A stretch of 64,000 nt of DNA from Bacillales bacterium UBA6865 (lineage in GTDB: Bacteria; Bacillota_I; Bacilli_A; RFN20; CAG-826). The translations under genes and the position numbers were made by a program. Below are positions 8,721 to 16,360 of the stretch, one piece after another; the first letter of the stretch is position 1; the number at the start of each line of letters is the position of its first letter. The stretch covers positions 79,955 to 143,954 of the forward strand of contig DKCV01000025.1 in assembly GCA_002449265.1 (NCBI GenBank). The letters run 5' to 3'. The notes under the pieces are model-generated. The model had not been told where the DNA came from, did not search any database, and saw only the letters and a list, made by a program, of their open reading frames with translations.

Positions 8721-11700
8721 CGAAAAATCGATTTGTAATAATGGAGAGGAAGGATCCTCATGATATGCTAAATAAGGAATCGCATAAGGATGAGATACCG
8801 TTTCTTTCTTTTTGAAGGTGAAAGGAATGCCAGAAGGAGAAAATTGTTGAACGATTTTTTCTTCTCCTTTGTTTTTCGAATTAATAGCTTTGACGATATT
8901 TTTAATCACTTCTTGAGGGTGATCGAGATATTCGACACTCCAAACTCGATGCAAGTTCCATCCTAATTGCTTTAAGACACCAGGCTCAACGATATTTCGG
9001 TCACGGCAAGTTGGCGAAGAACAATAAGAATCACCATCCACCAAAATTCCCAAAGAATAATGGTTTTTGTTTGCTGGATCAGTTACGGCAACATCAACTT
9101 TAAAAGAAGAAGAACCAACGTTAGTCTTCACATCATAACCAAGTTTCTTTAAATCGAGGGCAATGAAATCGGCAACGCTTGTAGAGGAAGCAGCGATATG
9201 GTTCTTCACATTATTTGGGAGGATGGAAGTTCCATGTTCTGCAAATAGGAGGAAACTCTTTAAATAGGAAGCCCCTGCATTCTTTGCCTTATCGCTATCA
9301 ATGTCTTCAGGTTTCATGGAGGTGAAAACAATCATTTCTTCCCGCGCACGAGTAATCGCTACATTTAATCTTCTTTCCCCTTTTTCTCGGCTAAGAGGAC
9401 CGAAATTTAATGAGAGTTTGCCATTATCTTTAGGCGCGTAGGTCGTCGAGAAAAGAATCACGTCTCTTTCATCGCCTTGGACGTTTTCTAAATTCTTCAC
9501 AAAGATAGATTCGCCACCTGGATTCTTGCTCTCATAAGAAGGAATCTTCTTTTCGATTAAGTCTTCGATTAAGTTTTGTTGTGCTTCATTGAACGTAACA
9601 ACACCAATTGAATAAGAGGAAAGCTTAGGGTTCTTGAGTCGACGGGCAATTTCATCCACAATCATGGACGCTTCTTTGCGGTTAACACCACGCTTAATTT
9701 CATAAGTTCCGCCAACATAGACGGATTTTACAGATGATTTTTCATTCACCGCCGATGGGAACGTGAATAAGCTATTGTCATAGAATTTGTTATTGGAGAA
9801 AGCAATAAGAGCTTCGTGACGGCTACGATAGTGCCAAATTAAGCGCTCACGTGGTAGACCTAAAGCAATAGAATCATCCAATAAGCTTTCTAAATCTTCG
9901 CTCACGCTATTTAAAATCGTGCCATCGTAAGCGTGACCGCCATTCGCGACAAAGAAACTCGTCGGTGGCATCTGCTCTTGGTCACCTGCGATTATCACGG
10001 ATTTTCCACGAGCAATCGCACCAATAGCCTCACTAGTAGGGATTTGGCTCGCCTCATCGAAAATAACGACATCAAAAGAATAAGTATTGATATCGAGATA
10101 TTGAGCAACCGTAATCGGGGACATCAAAAAGCACGGACATAAGGTACGAATAAGCCTTCCATAATGGTCGAAGATTTGTCTTAACGAAACACCACGACCG
10201 CCATTTTTTACCAATTTTCTAAACTGATAAGTTTCGGTTGAGGGAGCGCTACTACCACTAGAAGGATATAAGCTAGTAATCCTAGAAGCGGTTTCGACAA
10301 CGCTCGTTTTGCAGAAATCATCGATGGCCTTTTTAAAGAGAGAAATTTGTTCTTCCGTAAGCTTGGAATTCAAAGTCGCAAGTCCGCTTTCCGAAAGCCC
10401 ATCGCTCAAAATCCGGTAAGATAAAGAGGCTAAATAAGCGGAAAGAAGATCGGTTTCTTTAATCTTCCCTTCTTTAAATAGAGCAATAAGCTCAGTAGGA
10501 ACATATTTTGCGGTTTCGTCCATTACCGAAAGGAAGCTAGACCATTGCGAAAGCCGCCCTTTGCTTGAAATTGCATCACTTAAAGAAGAAGCGGCATGTT
10601 GATAATAATCCGTGGAATCACTATATAAGTCCAAATCAAATTGGTATTTTTCTTTGAGATTTAAAAGTTTTTCTTTTAGTTCAGCGCGTCCATTTAAGAA
10701 AGAAGAGCGCGCATTAGAGAATAGATAACTTCCATCGGTTGCTAAATGGCGAATTGCTTTATCGATATCAGCCATAGAGTAAGACTTACTAGGACGCATC
10801 TTATTGCGTAAAGAAATCACTTCCAACGTGCGTTCATAAGAAGCTTTCGCCGCTTCAACATCCGCGACACTTCTTAAGGAAGTTGCGCTAAAAACGTGAA
10901 CAGCAAAAGGATCAGCGTTTTCGATTTGTTTCACTAAAGAATTAAGCTCACTAAGAGAGGCAAAACTAGATTCGAGGTTTTTGCGTTTCAAAGAATTTTT
11001 GTCCTTTGCAAAAGGCTTTAGTTTCTTTTTTAGCGAATTATAGAGATGATACTTTTCAAAGAGGTTAGCGTCATTCAGTGCAGTAAGCTTAGCATTAAGT
11101 GCCTCTCCATCTTCTTTTAAGAATCCATCCTCCCAATGCGCGAGGAGAGATTCTTGAATCTGGTTTTTATGGAGTAACAAATCTAAATAACTTCGCAAAC
11201 TCTCAGCCTTTGACACAAATAACTCATTATCGAGGAAATCTTGGTAAATAATGGAATTCTTTTGCAAAATCTCCACAATTTTGGCATAACTTTCAACGTT
11301 TTCCTTTGTTTCCACTAGACCTTTATCTTTAAAGAAACAATTATATACGGAAAGGTGGAAGGCCTTTAAATCGTTAATGAGGGTAGGAAGTTCTTCAAAG
11401 AGAGAATCGCGAGATTCAAGAGAATAGTTACGAGAGGCAAAAGGCAAAAACGCGTTTCCATAGTAGCCGCCTAATGAGGAAGCTTGCAAAGAAAGATTCT
11501 TGATTTTTTTCTTCGCTTCCTCAAAAGATTCTAATGTTAAAGAGGAAGAATATTCATGGCTTGTTTCATAAAGACCAGCGTAAGAACGAAGCTTTAAATA
11601 ATTAATAATCGCTTCATAAGTCGACATGACGTATTTATCGCGGTTATGAAGGGCGAATAAATCATGGTTTAAGGCATCCCGAGCTTCATCTAAAGACGAA

Positions 11701-14147
11701 GAGTCCTTCTCAAAGGATTCTGGTCGCTCAATCGGCCCAATATCAAGCATCTTACCTAAAGAATTTAAGACATCGCTTTTGGCCGTATTGATGGAAGGAA
11801 TAGACAAACAGAATTGCCCAATCCCCAAAGAATCAAGCCTCTTTTTGACCACTTCTAGCGCAACACCTTTTTCAGCGACGAATAGGACAGACTTTCCATG
11901 ATACAAAGCGTTAGTGATCATATTAGCGATTGTCTGACTTTTTCCTGTCCCAGGCGGGCCATCGAGAATAAAGGAAGCCCCCATCGCACTAGCGTGAATC
12001 GCTTCGATTTGGCTTGAATCGGCTGGCAAAGGAATTGCTAAAGAGGAAGAAGAAAGCGTCTTATCAAAATCTTCCTTTTTAACGGTATCTAAAACCGGAT
12101 AATCTCCAAAACCGTTTACAAAAGACGAAACAATTTTGTTTTCCATCATTTTTTCGCGATGCGTTTTGATATCGTTCCACATAACAAAACGAGCGAAAGA
12201 GAATAACGCTAAAGAACATGGGTTTTCTAAAATGGCCCAGCCCTTAAATGGCGCGATACATTCACGGATGAAGTTCAAAATGAGGCGGATATCAACTTCC
12301 CCGTTTGCTTTTTTCGGTAAATCGCCGAAAAGCGGTGAGAAATCTAAATCAAAATTTTCACGGAAATACTCAAAGATAGTTGTGTTGAGCTCCAAATCAT
12401 CGAAATTGTATTCAATCGTGTAATTAGAACCAATCCGTCGACGTGGCATTTTAACAGGCAAAAGGAAAAGAGGAGAATAAATAGCACCTTTCCCATGGAT
12501 TGCAGCCTTTTCATTATCGAACCATTTAATGATTCCAATCGTTAAAAACAAAGGGTTACAACCGCTTTCTTCAATCGCAGTGTTCGCTTTTCTAGCGAGG
12601 TTTTTTAAATAAGAATCGGTATCCCCTTCTTTGCTGGAGAAATAAAGGGTTTTCTTATTCAAAAGTTCTTTGAAACGATTGCCTTCACTATTAGGGAAGG
12701 AAGAAGGAACGTTTCTTTCTTCTAAATTTAAAGCGATGTTATCACCAACGAAAATCGACATCTTCTCGTTTTTAGCAAGAGAAGAGAGAAGAACTTCGCT
12801 ATCAAGATTGAGCGCTTGTGGGAATGAAGACGAAAACTTCATGTTAATTAAGCGGTTATTCATCGATAAATCGAGAAGTTTTTCTTCCCAATAATCGAAT
12901 TTATTTTTCTTAGAAGGCGCGTCTTCCGCTAAATATCGGCGTTCTTCAACATCAATGACAGGCGTAGAGTAATCTTTTTTGGCAAAGAAATCTGGGAAAT
13001 TGATTTGGATTTCTTTGCCCGCTTTTACTGGGGTAGGAAGCGGAAGCAAATGGTCTTTTCTAGAAGCGTAAATATCAACCGCGTAAAGGAAAAAGCGAGA
13101 ATTTTCTAAAACACTATATCCGATTTCAGTAGCAGTCGAAAAATTAGCGGATTTTTCTTTCGAAAAACAAGTTGGGTCAAGAAGCAAAAGACGATTAAAG
13201 CCTTTGCTTGCAAGGTTTAAAAGTTCCGTTCCATTATCCAATACCGGAGTACCGAAAAGTGTTTCATCAAGATAAATGCCAACAAGCGGCTTTTCTTTGG
13301 TGAAAACTAGAATTGGCCTTAAAGAAATACTTTCAGCGATTGAGGCGAATAAAAGGCAAAAATCTATGCAATTCCCGCTTCCTTCTTTTAAAACTTGATA
13401 AGGTAATTTCACGCGAGAAAGGCAATCTTCGGGTGTTTCCGCCCCCATGGATAATGAGAGATTTCGCTTCATTATCGTTAGATAAATTGCATCCAATTCT
13501 TCAATTATCTTATTGGGATCATGATAAGAATATCCACCAAACGTGGAATGGTATTTTTCATCAAGTACAGTTTTTGCCTCTCCTTTGATTTTTTCAATTT
13601 CTTCATCGTTAGGAGTAACGTAAGAAGCAATAAGTTCTTCCACCGCTTCTCTGCCCAAAGAGCTTGAAATCGGGTCAAAAAAGAAATTCACCGTTTTGGT
13701 TGCGATTACTTCACCGTCTTCCGATACGATTTCAATAGTGAGTTCGCCAGGAACCGAGGCATCTAGAGCATATAAAGAGCTGCAGTCAATTGAATAAACG
13801 AAATGATCAATTTCTGTGATTTTATCTTTTTCTAAATATGAAATTTGAATCGGATCAATCGAACAATATGCTGGGGTGACTGAAAAGCGAGCTATGCAGT
13901 TACTAATCGAAGCAGAGGAGTGATTTTCTATACTTATTTTCTTCAAAAAAGAAAACGATGTGCTTCTAAGATTTCCATTCTCTATCTTGTTAAAAGAATC
14001 GGCTTGATAAGCTGGATAGTTCCAACTTGGAGAAAGGTTGATATCAAGGGTGAGTTTTGAATTCGTTGTCGGTGTTAGTTGCATAATGTTCATATTATAA
14101 AGGGTAAACGCCAAATAGTTTTCAAGAATAAAAAATTTTTCATCCAT
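8211..14147 (-). CDS. 1978-aa multidomain UPF1-like SF1 helicase fused to a Vsr/DUF559-fold nuclease (DUF4011 / AAA_11 / AAA_12 / REase / DUF3320-type architecture) with an N-terminal transglutaminase-like module
   Basis: Walker A ILDGPPGTGKSQT (aa 727-739), motif II VVIFDEASQ (aa 1360-1368), GDQEQMPP, VVTFNEAQ, QGDERDVILFS, RRLNVAITRAREEMIVF. Nuclease-like FKVDVAV...ILVDGDSY...RDR...LGWNLHRVWSVEY. Confidence 0.85.
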   Translation of the reverse strand: MDEKFFILENYLAFTLYNMNIMQLTPTTNSKLTLDINLSPSWNYPAYQADSFNKIENGNLRSTSFSFLKKISIENHSSASISNCIARFSVTPAYCSIDPIQISYLEKDKITEIDHFVYSIDCSSLYALDASVPGELTIEIVSEDGEVIATKTVNFFFDPISSSLGREAVEELIASYVTPNDEEIEKIKGEAKTVLDEKYHSTFGGYSYHDPNKIIEELDAIYLTIMKRNLSLSMGAETPEDCLSRVKLPYQVLKEGSGNCIDFCLLFASIAESISLRPILVFTKEKPLVGIYLDETLFGTPVLDNGTELLNLASKGFNRLLLLDPTCFSKEKSANFSTATEIGYSVLENSRFFLYAVDIYASRKDHLLPLPTPVKAGKEIQINFPDFFAKKDYSTPVIDVEERRYLAEDAPSKKNKFDYWEEKLLDLSMNNRLINMKFSSSFPQALNLDSEVLLSSLAKNEKMSIFVGDNIALNLEERNVPSSFPNSEGNRFKELLNKKTLYFSSKEGDTDSYLKNLARKANTAIEESGCNPLFLTIGIIKWFDNEKAAIHGKGAIYSPLFLLPVKMPRRRIGSNYTIEYNFDDLELNTTIFEYFRENFDLDFSPLFGDLPKKANGEVDIRLILNFIRECIAPFKGWAILENPCSLALFSFARFVMWNDIKTHREKMMENKIVSSFVNGFGDYPVLDTVKKEDFDKTLSSSSLAIPLPADSSQIEAIHASAMGASFILDGPPGTGKSQTIANMITNALYHGKSVLFVAEKGVALEVVKKRLDSLGIGQFCLSIPSINTAKSDVLNSLGKMLDIGPIERPESFEKDSSSLDEARDALNHDLFALHNRDKYVMSTYEAIINYLKLRSYAGLYETSHEYSSSLTLESFEEAKKKIKNLSLQASSLGGYYGNAFLPFASRNYSLESRDSLFEELPTLINDLKAFHLSVYNCFFKDKGLVETKENVESYAKIVEILQKNSIIYQDFLDNELFVSKAESLRSYLDLLLHKNQIQESLLAHWEDGFLKEDGEALNAKLTALNDANLFEKYHLYNSLKKKLKPFAKDKNSLKRKNLESSFASLSELNSLVKQIENADPFAVHVFSATSLRSVADVEAAKASYERTLEVISLRNKMRPSKSYSMADIDKAIRHLATDGSYLFSNARSSFLNGRAELKEKLLNLKEKYQFDLDLYSDSTDYYQHAASSLSDAISSKGRLSQWSSFLSVMDETAKYVPTELIALFKEGKIKETDLLSAYLASLSYRILSDGLSESGLATLNSKLTEEQISLFKKAIDDFCKTSVVETASRITSLYPSSGSSAPSTETYQFRKLVKNGGRGVSLRQIFDHYGRLIRTLCPCFLMSPITVAQYLDINTYSFDVVIFDEASQIPTSEAIGAIARGKSVIIAGDQEQMPPTSFFVANGGHAYDGTILNSVSEDLESLLDDSIALGLPRERLIWHYRSRHEALIAFSNNKFYDNSLFTFPSAVNEKSSVKSVYVGGTYEIKRGVNRKEASMIVDEIARRLKNPKLSSYSIGVVTFNEAQQNLIEDLIEKKIPSYESKNPGGESIFVKNLENVQGDERDVILFSTTYAPKDNGKLSLNFGPLSREKGERRLNVAITRAREEMIVFTSMKPEDIDSDKAKNAGASYLKSFLLFAEHGTSILPNNVKNHIAASSTSVADFIALDLKKLGYDVKTNVGSSSFKVDVAVTDPANKNHYSLGILVDGDSYCSSPTCRDRNIVEPGVLKQLGWNLHRVWSVEYLDHPQEVIKNIVKAINSKNKGEEKIVQQFSPSGIPFTFKKKETVSHPYAIPYLAYHEDPSSPLLQIDFSNKTEAARFLKNFVENVLYAETPISAHLLDERIREAYHLTRIGSNVRDVINSVLLQLAPNKEMLGGVTFYWNKDRSMNEYRYYRLNDENERREISDISFIELGNAIADILLEQGKMSVLDLFKQVSTLFGFSSLKEKSRKHLDLALKANVNQRLDIVREDDYVFIKGRNG
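8883..9185 (-). other. Domain: Vsr/DUF559-like (PD-(D/E)xK fold) nuclease module (aa ~1655-1755)
   Basis: FKVDVAVTD...SLGILVDGDSYCSSPTCRDRNIVEPGVLKQLGWNLHRVWSVEYL. Confidence 0.6.
9318..11969 (-). other. Domain: SF1B helicase core (aa ~727-1610) with a ~620-aa Lys/Glu/Leu/Ser-rich insertion between Walker A and motif II
   Basis: Walker A maps to nt 11931-11969 and DEAS to nt 10044-10070. The insertion is aa ~740-1359. Confidence 0.8.
12168..12905 (-). other. Domain: DUF4011-type region (aa ~415-660)
   Basis: WEEKLLDLSMNNRLINMKF...NPLFLTIGIIKW...LFLLPV matches my memory of the DUF4011 signature (kLLDLs.rNrLln). Not HMM-verified. Confidence 0.5.
13158..13415 (-). other. Domain: transglutaminase/papain-like core (aa ~245-330) with Cys260 and Asp324 but no His
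   Basis: EGSGNCIDFCLLFASIAESISLRPILVF...LLLLDPT resembles G-x-C-x-x-F...R-P...DPT of Transglut_core. No His occurs in aa 261-330. Confidence 0.45.
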
Positions 14148-14157
14148 TTATCGATAA
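14148..14157. promoter_or_regulatory. Perfect 10-bp palindrome TTATCGATAA abutting the start codon of the giant helicase gene
   Basis: ttatcgataa equals its own reverse complement. No SD sequence and no good -10 box lie between it and the ATG. Confidence 0.35.
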
Positions 14158-14233
14158 CCGCTTAGATTTTTGTTCTTTCGTTTTTTTCTACTACCAATAA
14201 GGGTAAAATCATGAACGAAACTAGGTACCCTTC

Positions 14234-15691
14234 ATGCTTCATTATGAATTAACTAAATCCTATCTCGACTTTCTTGCGAGCCTTCCTTTTAAAGAGCGAA
14301 GCGCGGTTCTATGGCAATCTCAAACCATTCTTTCCATGGCAGGTGGCTATCTCAAAATGAAAGTATTTGACTATAACGATGAGCTTTCTATTTTCCGCGT
14401 TTTTGAAAACACATACCTATTGGTTTTGAATAATTACTCCGTCATTCGTCTTATTGACGGAGTAAAAAGCTCGGTTATTCCTGATTTTAAGCAGGAAGAA
14501 AGCGGAATCGTTATTAGCAAAACAATTAAAGATCTTGTCTCAAAAGACGATACCACTCCTTTAGAGGATGAATTGACTCATTATTTGAAAAGCAATTATT
14601 TTACCTCTTGGTTCATTAAGCTTCTTTCTTATCTACCAAAAGAATATCGGGATTGCTTCGCAAAAAAAGAAGCACCCGTCCCTACATCCTTATCTAAGAA
14701 TAAGGTAGAGGAAAAATGTGTTAAGAAAGAGGAAACCTCATTGTTAAAAAAGGACATAGAACCTGTTTCTCCACCTTTAGCGGTCAAAAAACCGATTGTA
14801 AAACAGGCAATTTTTAAAAATCCACAAATTGAGACGAATGCCAAAACATTTCTAAAGCAAAGAAAAGTAAATATCGACGGAGCTCAATACGAAAAAATGA
14901 TATTGCTTGAACTCCAAGAAGCCTATCAAAAGAGATTAGAAAGAAGAAAAGGCATCAAGCAAAGTGCTCCCCTTCCAAAACTCAAGCACGTTCGTTTCGC
15001 CACAAAGGAAATTCTCATCTCGATCGACAATAAAGACGATTGCTTAGAACTTCTCATGCGGAAAACAAAACAAAACGGTTGTCACTTATCCGATAACGAT
15101 TGGCTGATTTTACTGACGAATACGATTGATGAAAATTTCGCAAAAGATATCGAATCGCGTTATCCTAGCCATGTCACTTATACTGATGACCCAGATAAAG
15201 GCGATTTACGAATCGCATTTATTGTCAAAATTGCGAAAAAAGATGAAGAAGGAATCCCAGGAATCAAAAGAGTCAAATCCAAGACCGCGAATTTCGTAAA
15301 AGAAATGCCTTCTGGTGCCTTTGAAAACGTTGACGATGAAGATTATTTAGAAGCGGAAGAAAGACATGGCAACGGCGAAATTAGACGTGTTAAATCAAAG
15401 GTCGCATATTTTGCTCCAAAACTCCCTGAAGCTAACGCCGATGACTTTGATGATTTTGATTTCAGCCTGGATGAAGATGGATTCTTAATGGATGAAGAAG
15501 AACCGAATGAAGACTATATCAACGAAGATGCCAATGAAATAGAAGAAACTTCTTCTCCTATTTACCCAAAGCATTGGCACTGCTATTTGTGTGGGAAAAA
15601 GAAACTATATTCCGGCGAGCCTGCAGAAACGATCCAACTTGCTAATGGAAAAATCGTGTACCTATGTGCGAAGCATCGCGGAAAGATGTAA
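14234..15691 (+). CDS. Hypothetical 485-aa protein with internal (I/L)(K/R)RVKSK-x-A-x-F repeats, an acidic tail and a C-terminal CxxC...C-x2-H zinc ribbon
   Basis: IKRVKSKTANFVKEMP (aa 343-358) and IRRVKSKVAYFAPKLP (aa 383-398). D/E-rich aa 400-440. HCYLCGKK...YLCAKH (aa 449-481). Divergent from the helicase gene. Confidence 0.5.
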   Translation: MLHYELTKSYLDFLASLPFKERSAVLWQSQTILSMAGGYLKMKVFDYNDELSIFRVFENTYLLVLNNYSVIRLIDGVKSSVIPDFKQEESGIVISKTIKDLVSKDDTTPLEDELTHYLKSNYFTSWFIKLLSYLPKEYRDCFAKKEAPVPTSLSKNKVEEKCVKKEETSLLKKDIEPVSPPLAVKKPIVKQAIFKNPQIETNAKTFLKQRKVNIDGAQYEKMILLELQEAYQKRLERRKGIKQSAPLPKLKHVRFATKEILISIDNKDDCLELLMRKTKQNGCHLSDNDWLILLTNTIDENFAKDIESRYPSHVTYTDDPDKGDLRIAFIVKIAKKDEEGIPGIKRVKSKTANFVKEMPSGAFENVDDEDYLEAEERHGNGEIRRVKSKVAYFAPKLPEANADDFDDFDFSLDEDGFLMDEEEPNEDYINEDANEIEETSSPIYPKHWHCYLCGKKKLYSGEPAETIQLANGKIVYLCAKHRGKM

Positions 15692-15712
15692 AGCCATAAG
15701 TCTAGCAATACC

Positions 15713-15745
15713 ACCTTCCTAACCATTAGGAAGGTTTTTTATTTT
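15713..15745 (+). terminator. Rho-independent terminator
   Basis: CCTTCCTAA-CCA-TTAGGAAGG stem-loop followed by TTTTTTATTTT. Confidence 0.8.
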
Positions 15746-15793
15746 GATTGATTTTTAAGGCCAAAAATAAAATCACAATTGAAAACATAACTA

Positions 15794-15807
15794 ATGTTAT
15801 ATAACAT
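15794..15807. promoter_or_regulatory. Perfect 14-bp palindrome ATGTTATATAACAT (candidate TetR operator) abutting the tetR-family start codon
   Basis: ATGTTAT/ATAACAT inverted halves. It overlaps a TTGAAA-17nt-TAACAT promoter-like arrangement (15779-15807). Confidence 0.45.
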
Positions 15808-16359
15808 ATGTTCATGCCACCAAGACCAAAATTAACAAAAGAAGAAATATTAGATTGCGGGCTGACTTTTGTAGCAGAAAACGGATTTGACAAACTTAAT
15901 GCAAGAGCAATCGCAAAAGATTTGAAATCCTCCACTCAACCAATTTTTTCTTACTTCTTGAACATGGACGATTTGAAGACGGAAATAAGAAAAAAGATCC
16001 TGTGTTTATTCGGAGAAAAAGTAAATTTCAAAAAAGGAATTATTGCGTTTGAAAAAGGGCTAATAGGATTTGCTAGTCTATATCCGCATTATTTTAATGA
16101 GATCTTTTTAAAGGAAAACGATGTTGAGGAGACAAAGAACGAACTTAATCGTATGAGGGATTCTTTAGTTGCTTCTATTGCAAAGGAATTTCTCATCCCT
16201 AAGGAAAAAGCCAATATTGTTTATCTAAATAATTGGATCTATTCGTTTGGGCTTGGAACATTGATCGCAAAAGGGATGCTCCCTTTAAAAGAGGCATCTC
16301 TTGAAGCGTTACTTAAGATTAATTTAGAAGCGACAATCGTCGCCGTGAAAAAGCGATAA
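15808..16359 (+). CDS. TetR/AcrR-family transcriptional regulator
   Basis: N-terminal HTH: KEEILDCGLTFVAENGFDKLNARAIAKDLKSSTQPIFSYF. The start may instead be the second ATG at 15814. Confidence 0.85.
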   Translation: MFMPPRPKLTKEEILDCGLTFVAENGFDKLNARAIAKDLKSSTQPIFSYFLNMDDLKTEIRKKILCLFGEKVNFKKGIIAFEKGLIGFASLYPHYFNEIFLKENDVEETKNELNRMRDSLVASIAKEFLIPKEKANIVYLNNWIYSFGLGTLIAKGMLPLKEASLEALLKINLEATIVAVKKR

Positions 16360-16360
16360 T

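Noticed and set aside
8272-13588. Six 64-95-aa ORFs inside the giant helicase gene
   Set aside because: They are nested or antisense within a 5.9-kb ORF whose conserved helicase and nuclease motifs span the region. None has start signals.
14211-14252. 13-codon upstream ORF (MNETRYPSCFIMN) overlapping the start of the 485-aa gene
   Set aside because: Its ATG lies 1 nt after the only plausible -10 box (TAAAAT), so it would not be in the transcript in a translatable position. No SD sequence is present. It is probably fortuitous.
15726-15935. 69-aa minus-strand ORF across the TetR promoter and start
   Set aside because: It is antisense to the TetR HTH-coding region. It is hydrophobic and low-complexity, with no start signals.
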